Below, in pieces: positions 30,185-40,540 of a DNA stretch of 64,000 nucleotides. The position numbers and the translations under genes were made by a program. Origin of the DNA: an uncultured Candidatus Saccharibacteria bacterium (GTDB lineage: Bacteria; Patescibacteriota; Saccharimonadia; Saccharimonadales; Saccharimonadaceae). The stretch covers positions 2,908 through 66,907 of the forward strand of contig CAMNPZ010000002.1 in assembly GCA_946548715.1 (NCBI GenBank), in the 5' to 3' direction. The notes beneath the pieces are model-generated. The model was given only the letters and a program-made list of their open reading frames with translations. It did no database searches and was not told the origin of the DNA. Each line of letters opens with the position of its first letter. The stretch's first letter is position 1.

Positions 30185-31237
30185 ATGAAAACGATTAGAG
30201 ATATAGATGTCAAAAATAAAATAATACTAATGCGGGTGGATTATAATGTGCCATTGAAAGACGGAAAAGTGACGGATGATTTGCGGATTCGCGCGAGTGT
30301 GCCGACGATTCAGATGCTGCTTGAAAAAGGCGCGAAGCGAGTGGTACTAATATCTCATCTGGGGCGGCCAGAGGGGAAGAGAGATAGGAAGTTTTCTTTG
30401 TCGCCGGTAGCGAAGGTGCTGGAGAAACTATTAAAAGTAGGGTTGGTGGGATTTTACGACTTACCGAAGCAAGGTGAGCAGATTGCGATTCCGGATTCAT
30501 TTAAAGTAGCATTGCTACAGAACTTGCGGTTTGATTCGGGCGAAGAGGGGAACTCGGCGGAGTTTATTAAGAATATCATCGATGCAGTAGGGGCGGAAGT
30601 ATATGTGCAAGATGGATTTGCGGTAGTGCACCGGGCGCATGCTTCGACGGACGCGGTGGCGAAATTCTTGCCAGTATATGCAGGGTTATTGGTGGAGAAG
30701 GAAGTAAAAAATTTGTCGAAGGTGATTGACCAACCTGAGAAACCGGTGCTTTTGATTATCGGTGGGGCAAAAGTAGATGATAAACAACCATTGATTGAGA
30801 AATTTGAGAAATTAGCTGACAATATCGTGGTAGGTGGCAAGATTGCGGCGGATGGGTATAAGTCGAAGTCGAAGAAGATATATGTGGCGGAAGATTTTGA
30901 CGAAGATGGTAAGGGGGCAAAGCTTGACATTGGTCCATTGTCGACGGCTAAACTAGCAGGAATGATTACAGACGCGAAGATGATTATTTGGAACGGGTTG
31001 CTCGGGTATGCAGAAGACCCAGCTTACGCAACAGCGTCGACGATTACGGCGGAGATGATGGGGGAACATTTGTCGGCGGAGACAGTGGTGTGTGGGGGTG
31101 ATACTACCGGGTTCGTAGAGAACTTAATGAAGGAGCATCCGAATTTGTCGTATTCGCTGGTGTCGACAGGGGGAGGAGCGGCACTCGAATTCTTGCTTGG
31201 CAATAAGCTGCCGGGAATCGAGGCTATTAAAGCTTAG
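30185..31237 (+). CDS. pgk: Phosphoglycerate kinase (compact, 350 aa)
   Basis: RVDYNVP, SHLGRP, NLRF, HRAHAS, GGAKV, STGGGAALEFL. Confidence 0.95.
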   Translation: MKTIRDIDVKNKIILMRVDYNVPLKDGKVTDDLRIRASVPTIQMLLEKGAKRVVLISHLGRPEGKRDRKFSLSPVAKVLEKLLKVGLVGFYDLPKQGEQIAIPDSFKVALLQNLRFDSGEEGNSAEFIKNIIDAVGAEVYVQDGFAVVHRAHASTDAVAKFLPVYAGLLVEKEVKNLSKVIDQPEKPVLLIIGGAKVDDKQPLIEKFEKLADNIVVGGKIAADGYKSKSKKIYVAEDFDEDGKGAKLDIGPLSTAKLAGMITDAKMIIWNGLLGYAEDPAYATASTITAEMMGEHLSAETVVCGGDTTGFVENLMKEHPNLSYSLVSTGGGAALEFLLGNKLPGIEAIKA

Positions 31238-31243
31238 CGTAGC

Positions 31244-32677
31244 CTAGACTGTACGGACTTTGATAGTGTCGGTGCCGAATTTGTCGCGGTCGCCAGAAAC
31301 GATGACAGTGGTAAGATCTTTTTCGCCGTCTTCGAGTTGGAGGTAGCCGCCTTTTAATTCCTTCGCGAGATCGAGACCGAATTCGGGTGAGTAGGGGCGG
31401 ACGAAGGCGGAGTTGGCGTAGCATAGTGCTAGTTGATTAGCAACGCGAGGATTGGTGGTGACAGAGACGATGGGGAGATTGGGGCGCTGGGCGGCCATGG
31501 TGGTGGCAGTAACACCGGAAGCGGTTTGACAGACGATGGCATCGGCGCGGATTGTCTCGGCAAGACGGGCGGCAGCGCTAGAAATAGCATCGTAGACTTC
31601 GGATTTCTCACCGACCGGATCGTGAGCGATAGGGGCGATGCGGGAATGATTTTGAGTATAGAGGATGACTTTCTTCATAGCCTTGACAGTCTCTAGAGGG
31701 TATTTGCCGTTCGCAGTTTCGTCGGAAAGCATAACGGTGTCGGCGCCTTGAATGACGGCGGTGGCAACATCGGAAACTTCGGCGCGGGTGGGTTCTGGTG
31801 AGTCGACCATGCTGGAAAGCATTTGGGTGGCAACGATGCAGAGCTTGGCGTGGGCGCGGCAGAGAGCAATGAGTTTGCGTTGAATGATCGGGACGACCTC
31901 GGCGCCAGCCTCGACGGCCATGTCGCCGCGCGCGACCATGATGCCGTCAGCAGCTTCGACGATTTCTTCGAGATGTTTCTCGGATTCGATGGCTTTTTTG
32001 GTTTCGATTTTCGCGACTACTTTGGCGGTGGAACCGAGGGATAGTAACATTTGCTTGAGTTTGATAATGTCGCTGGCGGACTGAACGAAGGAAAGGGAAA
32101 CGTAGTCGTAATCTTCGTTGGCGCCAACTTCGATGTCGTGGAGGTCTTTTTCGGTTAAGATGTCGCCGCCAAAATCGGTGTCAGGGAGGTTGAGGCCTTT
32201 GCGGCTCATGATGAAGCCGTCGTTTTCGATTGTAATCTTGATGGCTGTGTCTGATACGATTTCGGTGATGGTGGCTTTGACTTTACCATCAAAGAGAGAA
32301 AGAGGCTCGCCGGGCTTGACTTTGCTGGCGAGATTATACTGAACTGGTACGGTCATGCCGCCATCGTGTTCGAATCTTTCGTCGGATTCGAGAATGAGCT
32401 CGTCGCCTTTTTTGAGGTCGAGATGATTATCTTTTAACATGCCGAGGCGGATTTTGGGGCCTTGGAGATCTTGAAGGATGGCGACGGAGCGACCTTTTTT
32501 CTTGGCGGCGGCGCGAATCCACTCGATTTGCTGGTGACGTTCCTCGTCGGAGCCGTGCGAGCAGTTAAGACGACAGCCGTTGACGCCGGCCATGATGACT
32601 TGTTCGATTAATTCGGGGCTGTTCGTGGCAGGCCCGATGGTTGCTAAGATTTTAGTACGTTTAAATATTTTACTCAT
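31244..32677 (-). CDS. pyk: Pyruvate kinase
   Basis: TKILATIGP, RLNCSHG, DLQGPKIR, MVARGDM, ATQML, MLSDET. Confidence 0.97.
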   Translation of the reverse strand: MSKIFKRTKILATIGPATNSPELIEQVIMAGVNGCRLNCSHGSDEERHQQIEWIRAAAKKKGRSVAILQDLQGPKIRLGMLKDNHLDLKKGDELILESDERFEHDGGMTVPVQYNLASKVKPGEPLSLFDGKVKATITEIVSDTAIKITIENDGFIMSRKGLNLPDTDFGGDILTEKDLHDIEVGANEDYDYVSLSFVQSASDIIKLKQMLLSLGSTAKVVAKIETKKAIESEKHLEEIVEAADGIMVARGDMAVEAGAEVVPIIQRKLIALCRAHAKLCIVATQMLSSMVDSPEPTRAEVSDVATAVIQGADTVMLSDETANGKYPLETVKAMKKVILYTQNHSRIAPIAHDPVGEKSEVYDAISSAAARLAETIRADAIVCQTASGVTATTMAAQRPNLPIVSVTTNPRVANQLALCYANSAFVRPYSPEFGLDLAKELKGGYLQLEDGEKDLTTVIVSGDRDKFGTDTIKVRTV

Positions 32678-32719
32678 ATTAATATCTTATCATATGTCGG
32701 TTTTTATGGTAAGATAAAT

Positions 32720-33175
32720 ATGGATATGGTTAAAAAAAGGAAAAGACCTAATTATTTAAGAAAAGGTGATGCCGTGTTGGCGCGACGGGTAGTGCTTGGT
32801 GTAATCGTTGCAGCAATTGTGGTAGTGATAGTGGGATTGGTGGTGAGTTTTTTCTGCAATAACGAGCGGATAACACAGAAAAAAATTGACGAGATGGCGC
32901 GAGAATACTACGAAGGTTTTGTTTATCCGAATTTGATAAGTGGGTCAATGTCGCAGTCCGAGATTGACGATGTGATGAAGAGATACGAAAAATGGGGGTT
33001 TGCACCAGTGGCGCTGCGTCAACTATTATTGTATGATGGGCAAAAAAATATGAAGGATGGTGGGTTTGTGAAAAATTATTGTGATGAGAATGAGACAAAG
33101 ATGAAGGTTTATCCGGAAGCTCCGTATGATAAAAAATCATATCGGATAGAGTATGAATATAAGTGTGAGTATTAA
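32720..33175 (+). CDS. Hypothetical single-pass membrane protein
   Basis: Basic N-terminus, one TM, C-terminal Cys pair. Confidence 0.7.
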   Translation: MDMVKKRKRPNYLRKGDAVLARRVVLGVIVAAIVVVIVGLVVSFFCNNERITQKKIDEMAREYYEGFVYPNLISGSMSQSEIDDVMKRYEKWGFAPVALRQLLLYDGQKNMKDGGFVKNYCDENETKMKVYPEAPYDKKSYRIEYEYKCEY

Positions 33176-33212
33176 AAGTATATCCCTTTAGGATTTTCTG
33201 CGTTAGTAATAG

Positions 33213-34001
33213 CTATTTCACTATTCTTCCGCCAGTTAGTTCTTCAAGATACTTTTCTTGGATTGGCGCAACGCCATGACCATGCTGGAACATGTCCATA
33301 ATGTGAGAGAATGAGATTTTATCTTCCATGAATGCTATCACGGCCACGTGAGTTAATAGAGTATTTTTGCGACCAATTTTACCATCCCATTTCTTGTTAT
33401 TTTCAACCTCATCACGGTAATAGTATTTACAGTCTTCATTTTGAGCAAGATAATCATTATAAGCAAGATATGGCAATAGCGAAACCCCTCGTAAGGCTTC
33501 TGTCGAAATGTACACTCCTTCAATAACATCTGGTTGCGGGTCATATTCGTACCAAGATAAAGCTATTTCACCAGTATTAACAATATTGCCATTTTGGTCT
33601 AAATCTTCGTATTGTAGCGTACGCTTGGTGAGTTTAGTATCGAGCATATAGGCAATTCTGCAATACAAAGTTGCAATATACGAAAGGTCAACATTGATGT
33701 CTCTAAGCGAATACAGGTCGTCCCAAACATCTTTGAAACTCAAATCTTTTAGCCACTCTCCATTAGATAGTTGCATCTTGGGTCTAAAATCCCACGGTCT
33801 TGGTGATTGAACTCTTGCTGATTCTTTACCTGGATATTGAATATAAAGCTTCTCTCCGGTAGGAAACTCTTTCATCAAGAGTCGTCGTTCTATATTGCCG
33901 AATTCTAACCCAGTTTTACTCAATGATGAAAATGCTTTTATATTGTAAAGCTTTTTCTCCACGGCCTCAGCGGTGAGGGCTCGGTCAATTATTATGCTCA
34001 T
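33213..34001 (-). CDS. Putative type II restriction endonuclease (by context)
   Basis: Directly downstream of and overlapping a C-protein gene, divergent from a C5 methyltransferase; low GC; family not recognised. Confidence 0.55.
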   Translation of the reverse strand: MSIIIDRALTAEAVEKKLYNIKAFSSLSKTGLEFGNIERRLLMKEFPTGEKLYIQYPGKESARVQSPRPWDFRPKMQLSNGEWLKDLSFKDVWDDLYSLRDINVDLSYIATLYCRIAYMLDTKLTKRTLQYEDLDQNGNIVNTGEIALSWYEYDPQPDVIEGVYISTEALRGVSLLPYLAYNDYLAQNEDCKYYYRDEVENNKKWDGKIGRKNTLLTHVAVIAFMEDKISFSHIMDMFQHGHGVAPIQEKYLEELTGGRIVK

Positions 34002-34222
34002 TGTCGCTCCTTATTATTGTCGATTAAAAGCTTGTACGATTCAATTCCTAACGCATCAGCAATACGTTGAATGTTCTCGAGCGAGACATTGCGTTGAAAA
34101 CATTCCACGCTGCCAATATAAGTACGATGCAGCCCGCATTTCTCGGCAAATTTCTCTTGAGAGAGACCGAGTTCGGTCCTATATTTTCTTAAATTAGTCC
34201 CAAATACTTTGATGATATCCAT
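33998..34222 (-). CDS. XRE HTH controller (C) protein
   Basis: FGTNLRKYRTELGLSQEKFAEKCGLHRTYIGSVE...NVSLENIQRIADAL. Confidence 0.9.
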   Translation of the reverse strand: MDIIKVFGTNLRKYRTELGLSQEKFAEKCGLHRTYIGSVECFQRNVSLENIQRIADALGIESYKLLIDNNKERQ

Positions 34223-34268
34223 AGACTCTGTTTCTCCTAGGTTATATTCTCATGATAACTCGAGTGCC

Positions 34269-34294
34269 GATTTTAAGTCTACAGATTATAAGTA
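34269..34294 (-). promoter_or_regulatory. C-box operator of the C.PvuII/C.BamHI type
   Basis: Minus strand TACTTATAATCTGTAGACTTAAAATC resembles GACT-N3-AGTC-TGTA-GACT-N3-AGTC, upstream of the C gene. Confidence 0.75.
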
Positions 34295-34372
34295 GCATTG
34301 TATAAGTAGTATTGTATCTTTAACAAAAAAGGAAAATCTGTTATAATAGACGCAATAAAAAGCTGAGGTATT

Positions 34373-35593
34373 ATGAAAAAACAATTATGTGAGTTATTTG
34401 CTGGTGTTGGCGGGTTTAGATTGGGGTTAGATAGGCTAGATAGTGGATGGAAGACTGTTTGGTTTAGCCAGTGGGAACCTGGCGCTAGTAAGCAGTGGGC
34501 TCACGATTGCTATGTGTCACACTTTGGTGATATAAAAGACTTGTCTGGCGAATATACGACTGGTATTGACATTGCGGAAGTAAATAAGAAGAATATTCCT
34601 GATCATACGTTAATCGTCGGCGGTTTTCCGTGCCAAGATTACTCTGTCGCTCATACGCTTGCGTCTTCTAAGGGTATTCAGGGTAAAAAGGGCGTGCTCT
34701 GGTGGCAAATATATGAAATACTGAAGGTAAAGAAAACTCCATTTTGCTTATTTGAAAATGTGGATAGGCTTTTAAAGTCACCTGCAAAACAAAGGGGTAG
34801 AGATTTCGGGATAATGCTTTCTTGTTTCGCTTCGCTTGGATATAGCGTAGAGTGGAGAGTGGTAAACGCTGCAGAATATGGGGCCGCACAAAGGAGACGA
34901 CGTACTTTTATATTTGCTTATAATAAGAAAACGAATCATTATACAAATGTAAAAGGTATCTCGATGGAAGATATGCTTTTAAAAGAAGGTTTTTTTGCTA
35001 CAGTGTTTCCTATTAAAAGCCACGAAGCGCTTAGGGAAGGTGAGGTAAGTAAAGATATTGGCAATGTATCCGATAGCTTTAAGTTTGATTTTGGAAATGC
35101 AGGGATAATGCGTGATGGCAAAATTATGACTGCAAAGGTACGACCAGCAGAAGAAGCCCCAACTAAAATTGGGCAAATACTAGAAAATAAGAAGCTCGAT
35201 GAAAAGTACTTTATTACTGATGAAAAGATGCCAAAATGGACTTATCTTAAAGGGGCCAAGAAAATTGAGAGGACCACTTCTGCGGGTTTTAAATACACTT
35301 TTTCTGAAGGACCAATTGCATTTCCAGACCCATGGGATAGGCCTAGTAGAACTATGCTGACCAGTGAATCAACTTTGAACCGTAGCACACATGTTGTTGA
35401 AGATAAAAAAACGCATAAGTTGCGTTTAATAACGCCGATAGAAGCAGAACGATTACAGGGTTTTGATGATGACTGGACCAATACTGGTATGCCAGACCGA
35501 ATGCGTTATTTCTGCATGGGTAATGCTCTTGTTGTTCCTATGATTACTAGAATGGGCAAACAGCTAGATATTATTTTCAGGAATGAACCTTAG
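34373..35593 (+). CDS. DNA cytosine-5 methyltransferase (resembles the M.Sau3AI group)
   Basis: ELFAGVGGF motif I, GGFPCQDY motif IV, ENVDRLL motif VI, QRRRRTF motif VIII, MGNALVV motif X. Confidence 0.95.
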   Translation: MKKQLCELFAGVGGFRLGLDRLDSGWKTVWFSQWEPGASKQWAHDCYVSHFGDIKDLSGEYTTGIDIAEVNKKNIPDHTLIVGGFPCQDYSVAHTLASSKGIQGKKGVLWWQIYEILKVKKTPFCLFENVDRLLKSPAKQRGRDFGIMLSCFASLGYSVEWRVVNAAEYGAAQRRRRTFIFAYNKKTNHYTNVKGISMEDMLLKEGFFATVFPIKSHEALREGEVSKDIGNVSDSFKFDFGNAGIMRDGKIMTAKVRPAEEAPTKIGQILENKKLDEKYFITDEKMPKWTYLKGAKKIERTTSAGFKYTFSEGPIAFPDPWDRPSRTMLTSESTLNRSTHVVEDKKTHKLRLITPIEAERLQGFDDDWTNTGMPDRMRYFCMGNALVVPMITRMGKQLDIIFRNEP

Positions 35594-35618
35594 TTTATTT
35601 TTGGTTCTAACTCTGATG

Positions 35619-35878
35619 CGGTGAACTCGGCGGAGCTTGTTTCGCGCTTCTCGTCACCAATAAAAACAAGACGCAAGCGTCTTCTTTTTATTGGTGATCT
35701 CGGCGGGAGCTTGTTTCGCGCTTTGCGCGAAACAATTCGCAGGGCGTCGTCTCGAAATATCCAAAACTAGTTTTGGATATTTGTTCGGCTCCTATTGCGA
35801 GCGAACCATACGGGTTCGCCCCCTGCCAAAATTGTCAGAATAAAAAAATAAAACCCAAAGGGTTTATTTTTTTTATTC
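35619..35878. repeat. Hairpin-rich region with two extra copies of the tRNA-Glu 3' end and a module shared with the intragenic palindromic elements
   Basis: tggtgatctcggcgggag (35692-35709) vs tRNA tggcgatctcggcgggag (35879-35896); degenerate copy 35619-35635; module 35737-35800. Confidence 0.85.
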
Positions 35879-35953
35879 TGGCGATCTCGGCGGGAGTCGA
35901 ACCCGCGTTGTCGGGATGAAAACCCGATGTACTAACCGTTATACTACGAGACC
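35879..35953 (-). tRNA. tRNA-Glu(TTC)
   Basis: ggtctcgtagtataacggttagtacatcgggttttcatcccgacaacgcgggttcgactcccgccgagatcgcca. Confidence 0.97.
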
Positions 35954-36006
35954 GTGAGATAATTATAGCAAATATTGGTGAAAAAAGCAACGTGTGATAA
36001 AATGAG

Positions 36007-37956
36007 ATGAGTAAGGAGATAAGAGTGGTAGAACAAAATAAGATGTCTAACAAGACTAAGGGGCGACCCAATAATCAAAATAACTATTCTAATGCGGTGA
36101 GAAGTATTATCTTTACGATTGTATTGATATGTTTTGCGGCGTTTTTGATTACAAATGTGAATTATGGTGCAGTGCAGAAAACAGAAGTGCCGATTTCGGA
36201 AGTTATCCAAAGAGCAAACGATCCGGAAGGTAATATTGAGAAGATTACAGTTATTGGTAACAATCTCGATATAACTTTGAAAGGAGAAAAACAACCGACG
36301 CAGACATCACGTAAAGACGGAGCGGGGACGCTTTATGATCAGGGTTTGGTGAATTATTGCGAAGATTTGGAAGGAGATGCGCTGTCGGAATGTCAAAAGA
36401 AGTATCCTGTGATTGAATACCAAGAGGATATTGATGTGATGGGAATTATACTAAACGTAGCACTAACGGTATTACCGATTCTTGCATTGATATTGTTTTT
36501 CTCTTGGATGATGAAACAGGCGAACGCAGCAAATGCAAGCTCGATGTCGTTTGGTAAGTCAAAAGCAAAACTATACGGACCAGATAAGAAAAAGGTAACC
36601 TTTAAGGACGTGGCTGGGAACGAGTCGGCGAAGCAAGATTTGACTGAGATTGTTGATTTTCTAAAAAGCCCCAAGAAATATGAGAAATTAGGCGCGAAGA
36701 TTCCACGGGGCGTGCTGCTAGCTGGTGACCCGGGTACCGGTAAGACTTTGATGGCGCGTGCGGTGGCAGGAGAGGCGAATGTGCCGTTTTTCTCGATTTC
36801 GGGTTCGGAATTTGCAGAGATGTTTGTGGGCGTGGGTGCTTCGAGAGTGCGAGATTTGTTTTCGCGGGCGAAGAAAAATGCGCCGTCAATTATCTTTATT
36901 GATGAGATTGATGCGGTGGCGCATAAGCGTGATGCGCGGGGCGGTGCGGGTCGTGAAGACGAACAGACTTTGAATCAAATATTGGTCGAGATGGATGGGT
37001 TTGATAATGATTCGGGTGTGATTGTGATGGCGGCGACGAACCGGGTGGATATGCTTGATAAGGCGTTGTTACGTCCGGGACGGTTTGATAGACATGTGAA
37101 TGTGGCTTTGCCGGAACGAAAAGACAGGCTTGAGATACTGAAAGTACATTTCAAAGGTAAGCCGGTGGAGGCTGACGTGGATCTTGAGTCGCTAGCGAAG
37201 AAGACAGCTGGGTCGTCGGGGGCGGATTTGGCTAATATTGCGAACGAAGCTGCGATTACGGCGGCGCGTGAGGGACATAAGGCGATTTCGAATAAAGATG
37301 TGGTGGAAGCATTTGAGCGTGTGGCGATTGGTCCAGAACGAAAATCAAAGGTGATGAATGATAAGGAACGTAAGATTACGGCTTACCATGAGGCTGGACA
37401 TGCGATAGTGGGCCATGTGCTACCCGATTCTGATCCGGTACACAAAGTGACGATTATTCCGCGTGGTGCGACTGGTGGTGTGACTTGGTTCTTGCCGCCA
37501 GAGGATAGGAGCTACAAGAATATATACGAGCTAAAAGACATTCTGGCGCGTGCGATGGGTGGTCGCGTGGCGGAGAAAATCATATTCGGCGCTGATGCGG
37601 TGACGACTGGTGCTTCTTCGGATCTTAAGAATGTAGCGTCACTAGCTAAATCAATGATTGTCGAAGAAGGTATGGGTGAGGGGCTAAGGAATCTGGTATT
37701 TCCAGAAGGCGATATGGGTTACTACACGATTACGACTGGTAAGCCATATTCAGAGAAAACTTCGGAGTTGATTGATGCGGAAATTAAGAAGTTGTCGGAT
37801 GAAGCAGCAAAGCGGGCAGAAGAAGTTTTGAAGGCTAACAAAGCGGTCTTAGACAAACTGGCCGAGGAATTGTTGGCGCATGAGACTCTCGAAGAGGCTG
37901 AGCTAGAGCCGATTTTGAAGCCGGCGAAGTTGCCAACTGTGGCTAAGTTACATTAA
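36007..37956 (+). CDS. ftsH: ATP-dependent zinc metalloprotease FtsH
   Basis: Two TMs, [32 protein letters not shown]. Confidence 0.97.
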   Translation: MSKEIRVVEQNKMSNKTKGRPNNQNNYSNAVRSIIFTIVLICFAAFLITNVNYGAVQKTEVPISEVIQRANDPEGNIEKITVIGNNLDITLKGEKQPTQTSRKDGAGTLYDQGLVNYCEDLEGDALSECQKKYPVIEYQEDIDVMGIILNVALTVLPILALILFFSWMMKQANAANASSMSFGKSKAKLYGPDKKKVTFKDVAGNESAKQDLTEIVDFLKSPKKYEKLGAKIPRGVLLAGDPGTGKTLMARAVAGEANVPFFSISGSEFAEMFVGVGASRVRDLFSRAKKNAPSIIFIDEIDAVAHKRDARGGAGREDEQTLNQILVEMDGFDNDSGVIVMAATNRVDMLDKALLRPGRFDRHVNVALPERKDRLEILKVHFKGKPVEADVDLESLAKKTAGSSGADLANIANEAAITAAREGHKAISNKDVVEAFERVAIGPERKSKVMNDKERKITAYHEAGHAIVGHVLPDSDPVHKVTIIPRGATGGVTWFLPPEDRSYKNIYELKDILARAMGGRVAEKIIFGADAVTTGASSDLKNVASLAKSMIVEEGMGEGLRNLVFPEGDMGYYTITTGKPYSEKTSELIDAEIKKLSDEAAKRAEEVLKANKAVLDKLAEELLAHETLEEAELEPILKPAKLPTVAKLH

Positions 37957-37984
37957 TATTCCTAATAGAAAGGATTAGTATAAA

Positions 37985-40471
37985 ATGGAGAGATTTTTGG
38001 AGTATTTTGCACCGGAACGGTATATGCTTGATCTGGTGATTGATAAGTACAAAAAAATAATAGGCGGCGTGGTGACTGTGAAGGGTGAAGTATTGCAAGA
38101 GACGGTGAAATTTCATGCAGTGAGATTGAAAATTATTGATGTGCTAGTGAACGGTGTAAAGACGAAGTTTAAGGCTGATGGGGAGACGCTTGTTATTGAT
38201 GGACTGGAACTGGGCGAAGTGGAAATTACGATGCGATATAGCGGGACTTTAAATGAAAACATGGAGGGGGCGTATATCTCTACCTATGAATACAATGGGA
38301 AGACAGAAACGATTGTGGCTACACAATTTGAATCGCATTATGCGCGTGAAGCTTTTCCGTGTATTGATGAACCAGCTGCGAAAGCCGTATTCGAACTTTC
38401 TATCGCAGTGCCGGAAGGTTCAAAAGATATTGTGTTGTCCAATATGCCAGAAGTCAAAGCTCGGTCTGGCGCAATGCGGAGCGCGGCAGCGCGAGAGTTA
38501 GCGCGCTCGCCCCGTGGCGACGGGCGCGAGCGACGCGGCGCCAGGACGAGCTTTGATTCTGGCTATGCGATAATATCTTTTGAACCGACGCCACGAATGT
38601 CGACGTATTTGTTGGCTTTTGTAATTGGTAAGTTTCACGGGAAGACTATTACGAATGAACATGGGGTGGAGATTACAACTTATGCAGCGTTAAATCAGGA
38701 CATAGATTCGGTGGATTTCGCAAATGAGATTGCGGCGCGGTCGCTCGAGTTTTATGACGATAATTTCAAAGAGCCGTATCCACTGAAACGGTGTGTACAG
38801 GTGGCGTTGCCGGATTTTGAAGCTGGGGCGATGGAAAACTGGGGGCTGGTGACATATCGGGAGTCGATGTTACTTGCTGGTAAGAATGCGACACTTGGTA
38901 CGAGAAAATCGGTTGCATTAACAGTGGCACATGAATTGTCGCATCAGTGGTTTGGAGACCTAGTGACGATGAAGTGGTGGGACGATTTGTGGCTGAATGA
39001 GTCGTTTGCGAGCGTGATGGAGTATTATGCAGTGGATGCGATTCATCCGGAATATAAGATATTTGAAGGGTTCTTCACGGGGGATGCGTATTTGGCTTTG
39101 ACGCGCGATGCGTATTCGGATGTGCAATCAGTGCATCAGGAAGTACATAACCCGGAAGAGATTGCGACGCTATTTGACTCGGCGATTGTTTATTCGAAGG
39201 GTGCAAGATTAATGCTGATGCTGATTCGCCTGATGGGTTGGGAACAGTTCTGCAAGGGGGTGGCGGACTATTTTGATAAGTTCAAGTATCGAAATACGGT
39301 GGGGGATGATTTGTGGAAGTGTTTGAAGCCTTATGCGGAGTTTGACCCCGGAAAACTAATGCATGCATTTATCGATAAGCCAGGGTACCCAGTAATTGAA
39401 GGTGACGATGAATTTAAAAAGTATACCCAAAAAAGGTTTTTGCTTGACAGTAATAAAATGCCACAATCGGATTGGCCTTTGCCGGAGATAACGGAAGATA
39501 TGTCGGGGCATTATGTGATTAACTTGTCGGATGAGCAATTTGAAGAAAGACTGGTGCAGTTTGAAAAACTAGGATTGGAAGAGAAGCTAAGATTATTAAT
39601 TGATCGAAACTTACTAGCAAAGACAGATTTAGCGTCTTCGGTCTCATTGTTGCCATTAATTCAGAAGTTCAAAAAGGAAAATTCGGCAGCAGTATGGGGG
39701 GTGGTGCTCTCGATTGTCTCAGGGTTGAAGATATTTTTCGAGCCAGATTCTGAGGAAGAAAGGTTATATAAAAAGCTAGTTGGAGAGTTGGTAAAGCCGA
39801 AGTTAGCGGAGGTTGGGTTAACAACAAGGAAAGATGACGATGAAAATACAATTCGTCTGCGGGCGATTCTACTTGGGTTAGATTATTATGCAGAAACGCA
39901 AGAGAACATTGAAACGCTTGCAGGCTATTATAAGGACGATTTGTCCACATTGGAACCAGAAACTCGTGAAGCGATTATAGATGCAAAATTATATGTCGAA
40001 CCATCGATGATTGACGAATATTTGCGTAAATATCAGACTGAGGCTGACCCGGAGGTGAAATTTGAATTGTTATTTGCTGGGACAGTTTCGAAGGATAAGA
40101 AAGTGCTCGATAAGATGCTGGAGTTACTTGAAAAACCCGAGATAGTGAAACCGCAAGACCAATTGTATTTGTATGTGTATTTGTATCGAAATCCACGGTC
40201 GAGAAAAAAGGCATTTGATTGGTTGAGGGAACATTGGGATTATGTGAGAGAGATGACGGGCGATAAAACTTTGGAAGGGTACCCACGTTATATGGCCGGC
40301 TCCGTGAGAACAGAGGAAGAGTATGAGGAGTGGAAAGAATTTTTCTGGCCGATGCGGGATGATGCGGCGGTATCGAGGGCGATTGCGATAGGTGAGAAAG
40401 AAATAAAAGCGAGGATTGAATTAATTCGACGCGATAAGGGTGCGGTAGTGGAAGAACTGAATAAAAAATAA
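37985..40471 (+). CDS. pepN: M1 aminopeptidase N carrying an in-frame palindromic insertion
   Basis: ATQFE...AREAFPCIDEP, GAMENWG, HELSHQW(18x)E, VYSKGA. Confidence 0.95.
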   Translation: MERFLEYFAPERYMLDLVIDKYKKIIGGVVTVKGEVLQETVKFHAVRLKIIDVLVNGVKTKFKADGETLVIDGLELGEVEITMRYSGTLNENMEGAYISTYEYNGKTETIVATQFESHYAREAFPCIDEPAAKAVFELSIAVPEGSKDIVLSNMPEVKARSGAMRSAAARELARSPRGDGRERRGARTSFDSGYAIISFEPTPRMSTYLLAFVIGKFHGKTITNEHGVEITTYAALNQDIDSVDFANEIAARSLEFYDDNFKEPYPLKRCVQVALPDFEAGAMENWGLVTYRESMLLAGKNATLGTRKSVALTVAHELSHQWFGDLVTMKWWDDLWLNESFASVMEYYAVDAIHPEYKIFEGFFTGDAYLALTRDAYSDVQSVHQEVHNPEEIATLFDSAIVYSKGARLMLMLIRLMGWEQFCKGVADYFDKFKYRNTVGDDLWKCLKPYAEFDPGKLMHAFIDKPGYPVIEGDDEFKKYTQKRFLLDSNKMPQSDWPLPEITEDMSGHYVINLSDEQFEERLVQFEKLGLEEKLRLLIDRNLLAKTDLASSVSLLPLIQKFKKENSAAVWGVVLSIVSGLKIFFEPDSEEERLYKKLVGELVKPKLAEVGLTTRKDDDENTIRLRAILLGLDYYAETQENIETLAGYYKDDLSTLEPETREAIIDAKLYVEPSMIDEYLRKYQTEADPEVKFELLFAGTVSKDKKVLDKMLELLEKPEIVKPQDQLYLYVYLYRNPRSRKKAFDWLREHWDYVREMTGDKTLEGYPRYMAGSVRTEEEYEEWKEFFWPMRDDAAVSRAIAIGEKEIKARIELIRRDKGAVVEELNKK
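38446..38563 (-). mobile_element. In-frame palindromic element, copy in pepN (antisense to the gene)
   Basis: cccgtggcgacggg at 38511-38524 on the coding strand; 34 nt identical to the pcrA copy; arms gccagaagtcaaagctcg / cgagctttgattctggc. Confidence 0.85.
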
Positions 40472-40479
40472 AAATGAAA

Positions 40480-40506
40480 AACCCTCAGGTGAATTCCTGA
40501 GGGGTT
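40480..40506. terminator. Terminator between pepN and a convergent small gene
   Basis: aaccctcagg-tgaatt-cctgaggggtt. Confidence 0.65.
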
Positions 40507-40540
40507 GAGGGTTGAGGGTTGATTGACGATAGACGATGGA

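Noticed and set aside
33180-35896. R-M island bounded by tRNA-Glu att sites
   Set aside because: The tRNA 3' duplicates are all on the tRNA side of the island; no matching copy was found at the left boundary near 33180, and there is no integrase.
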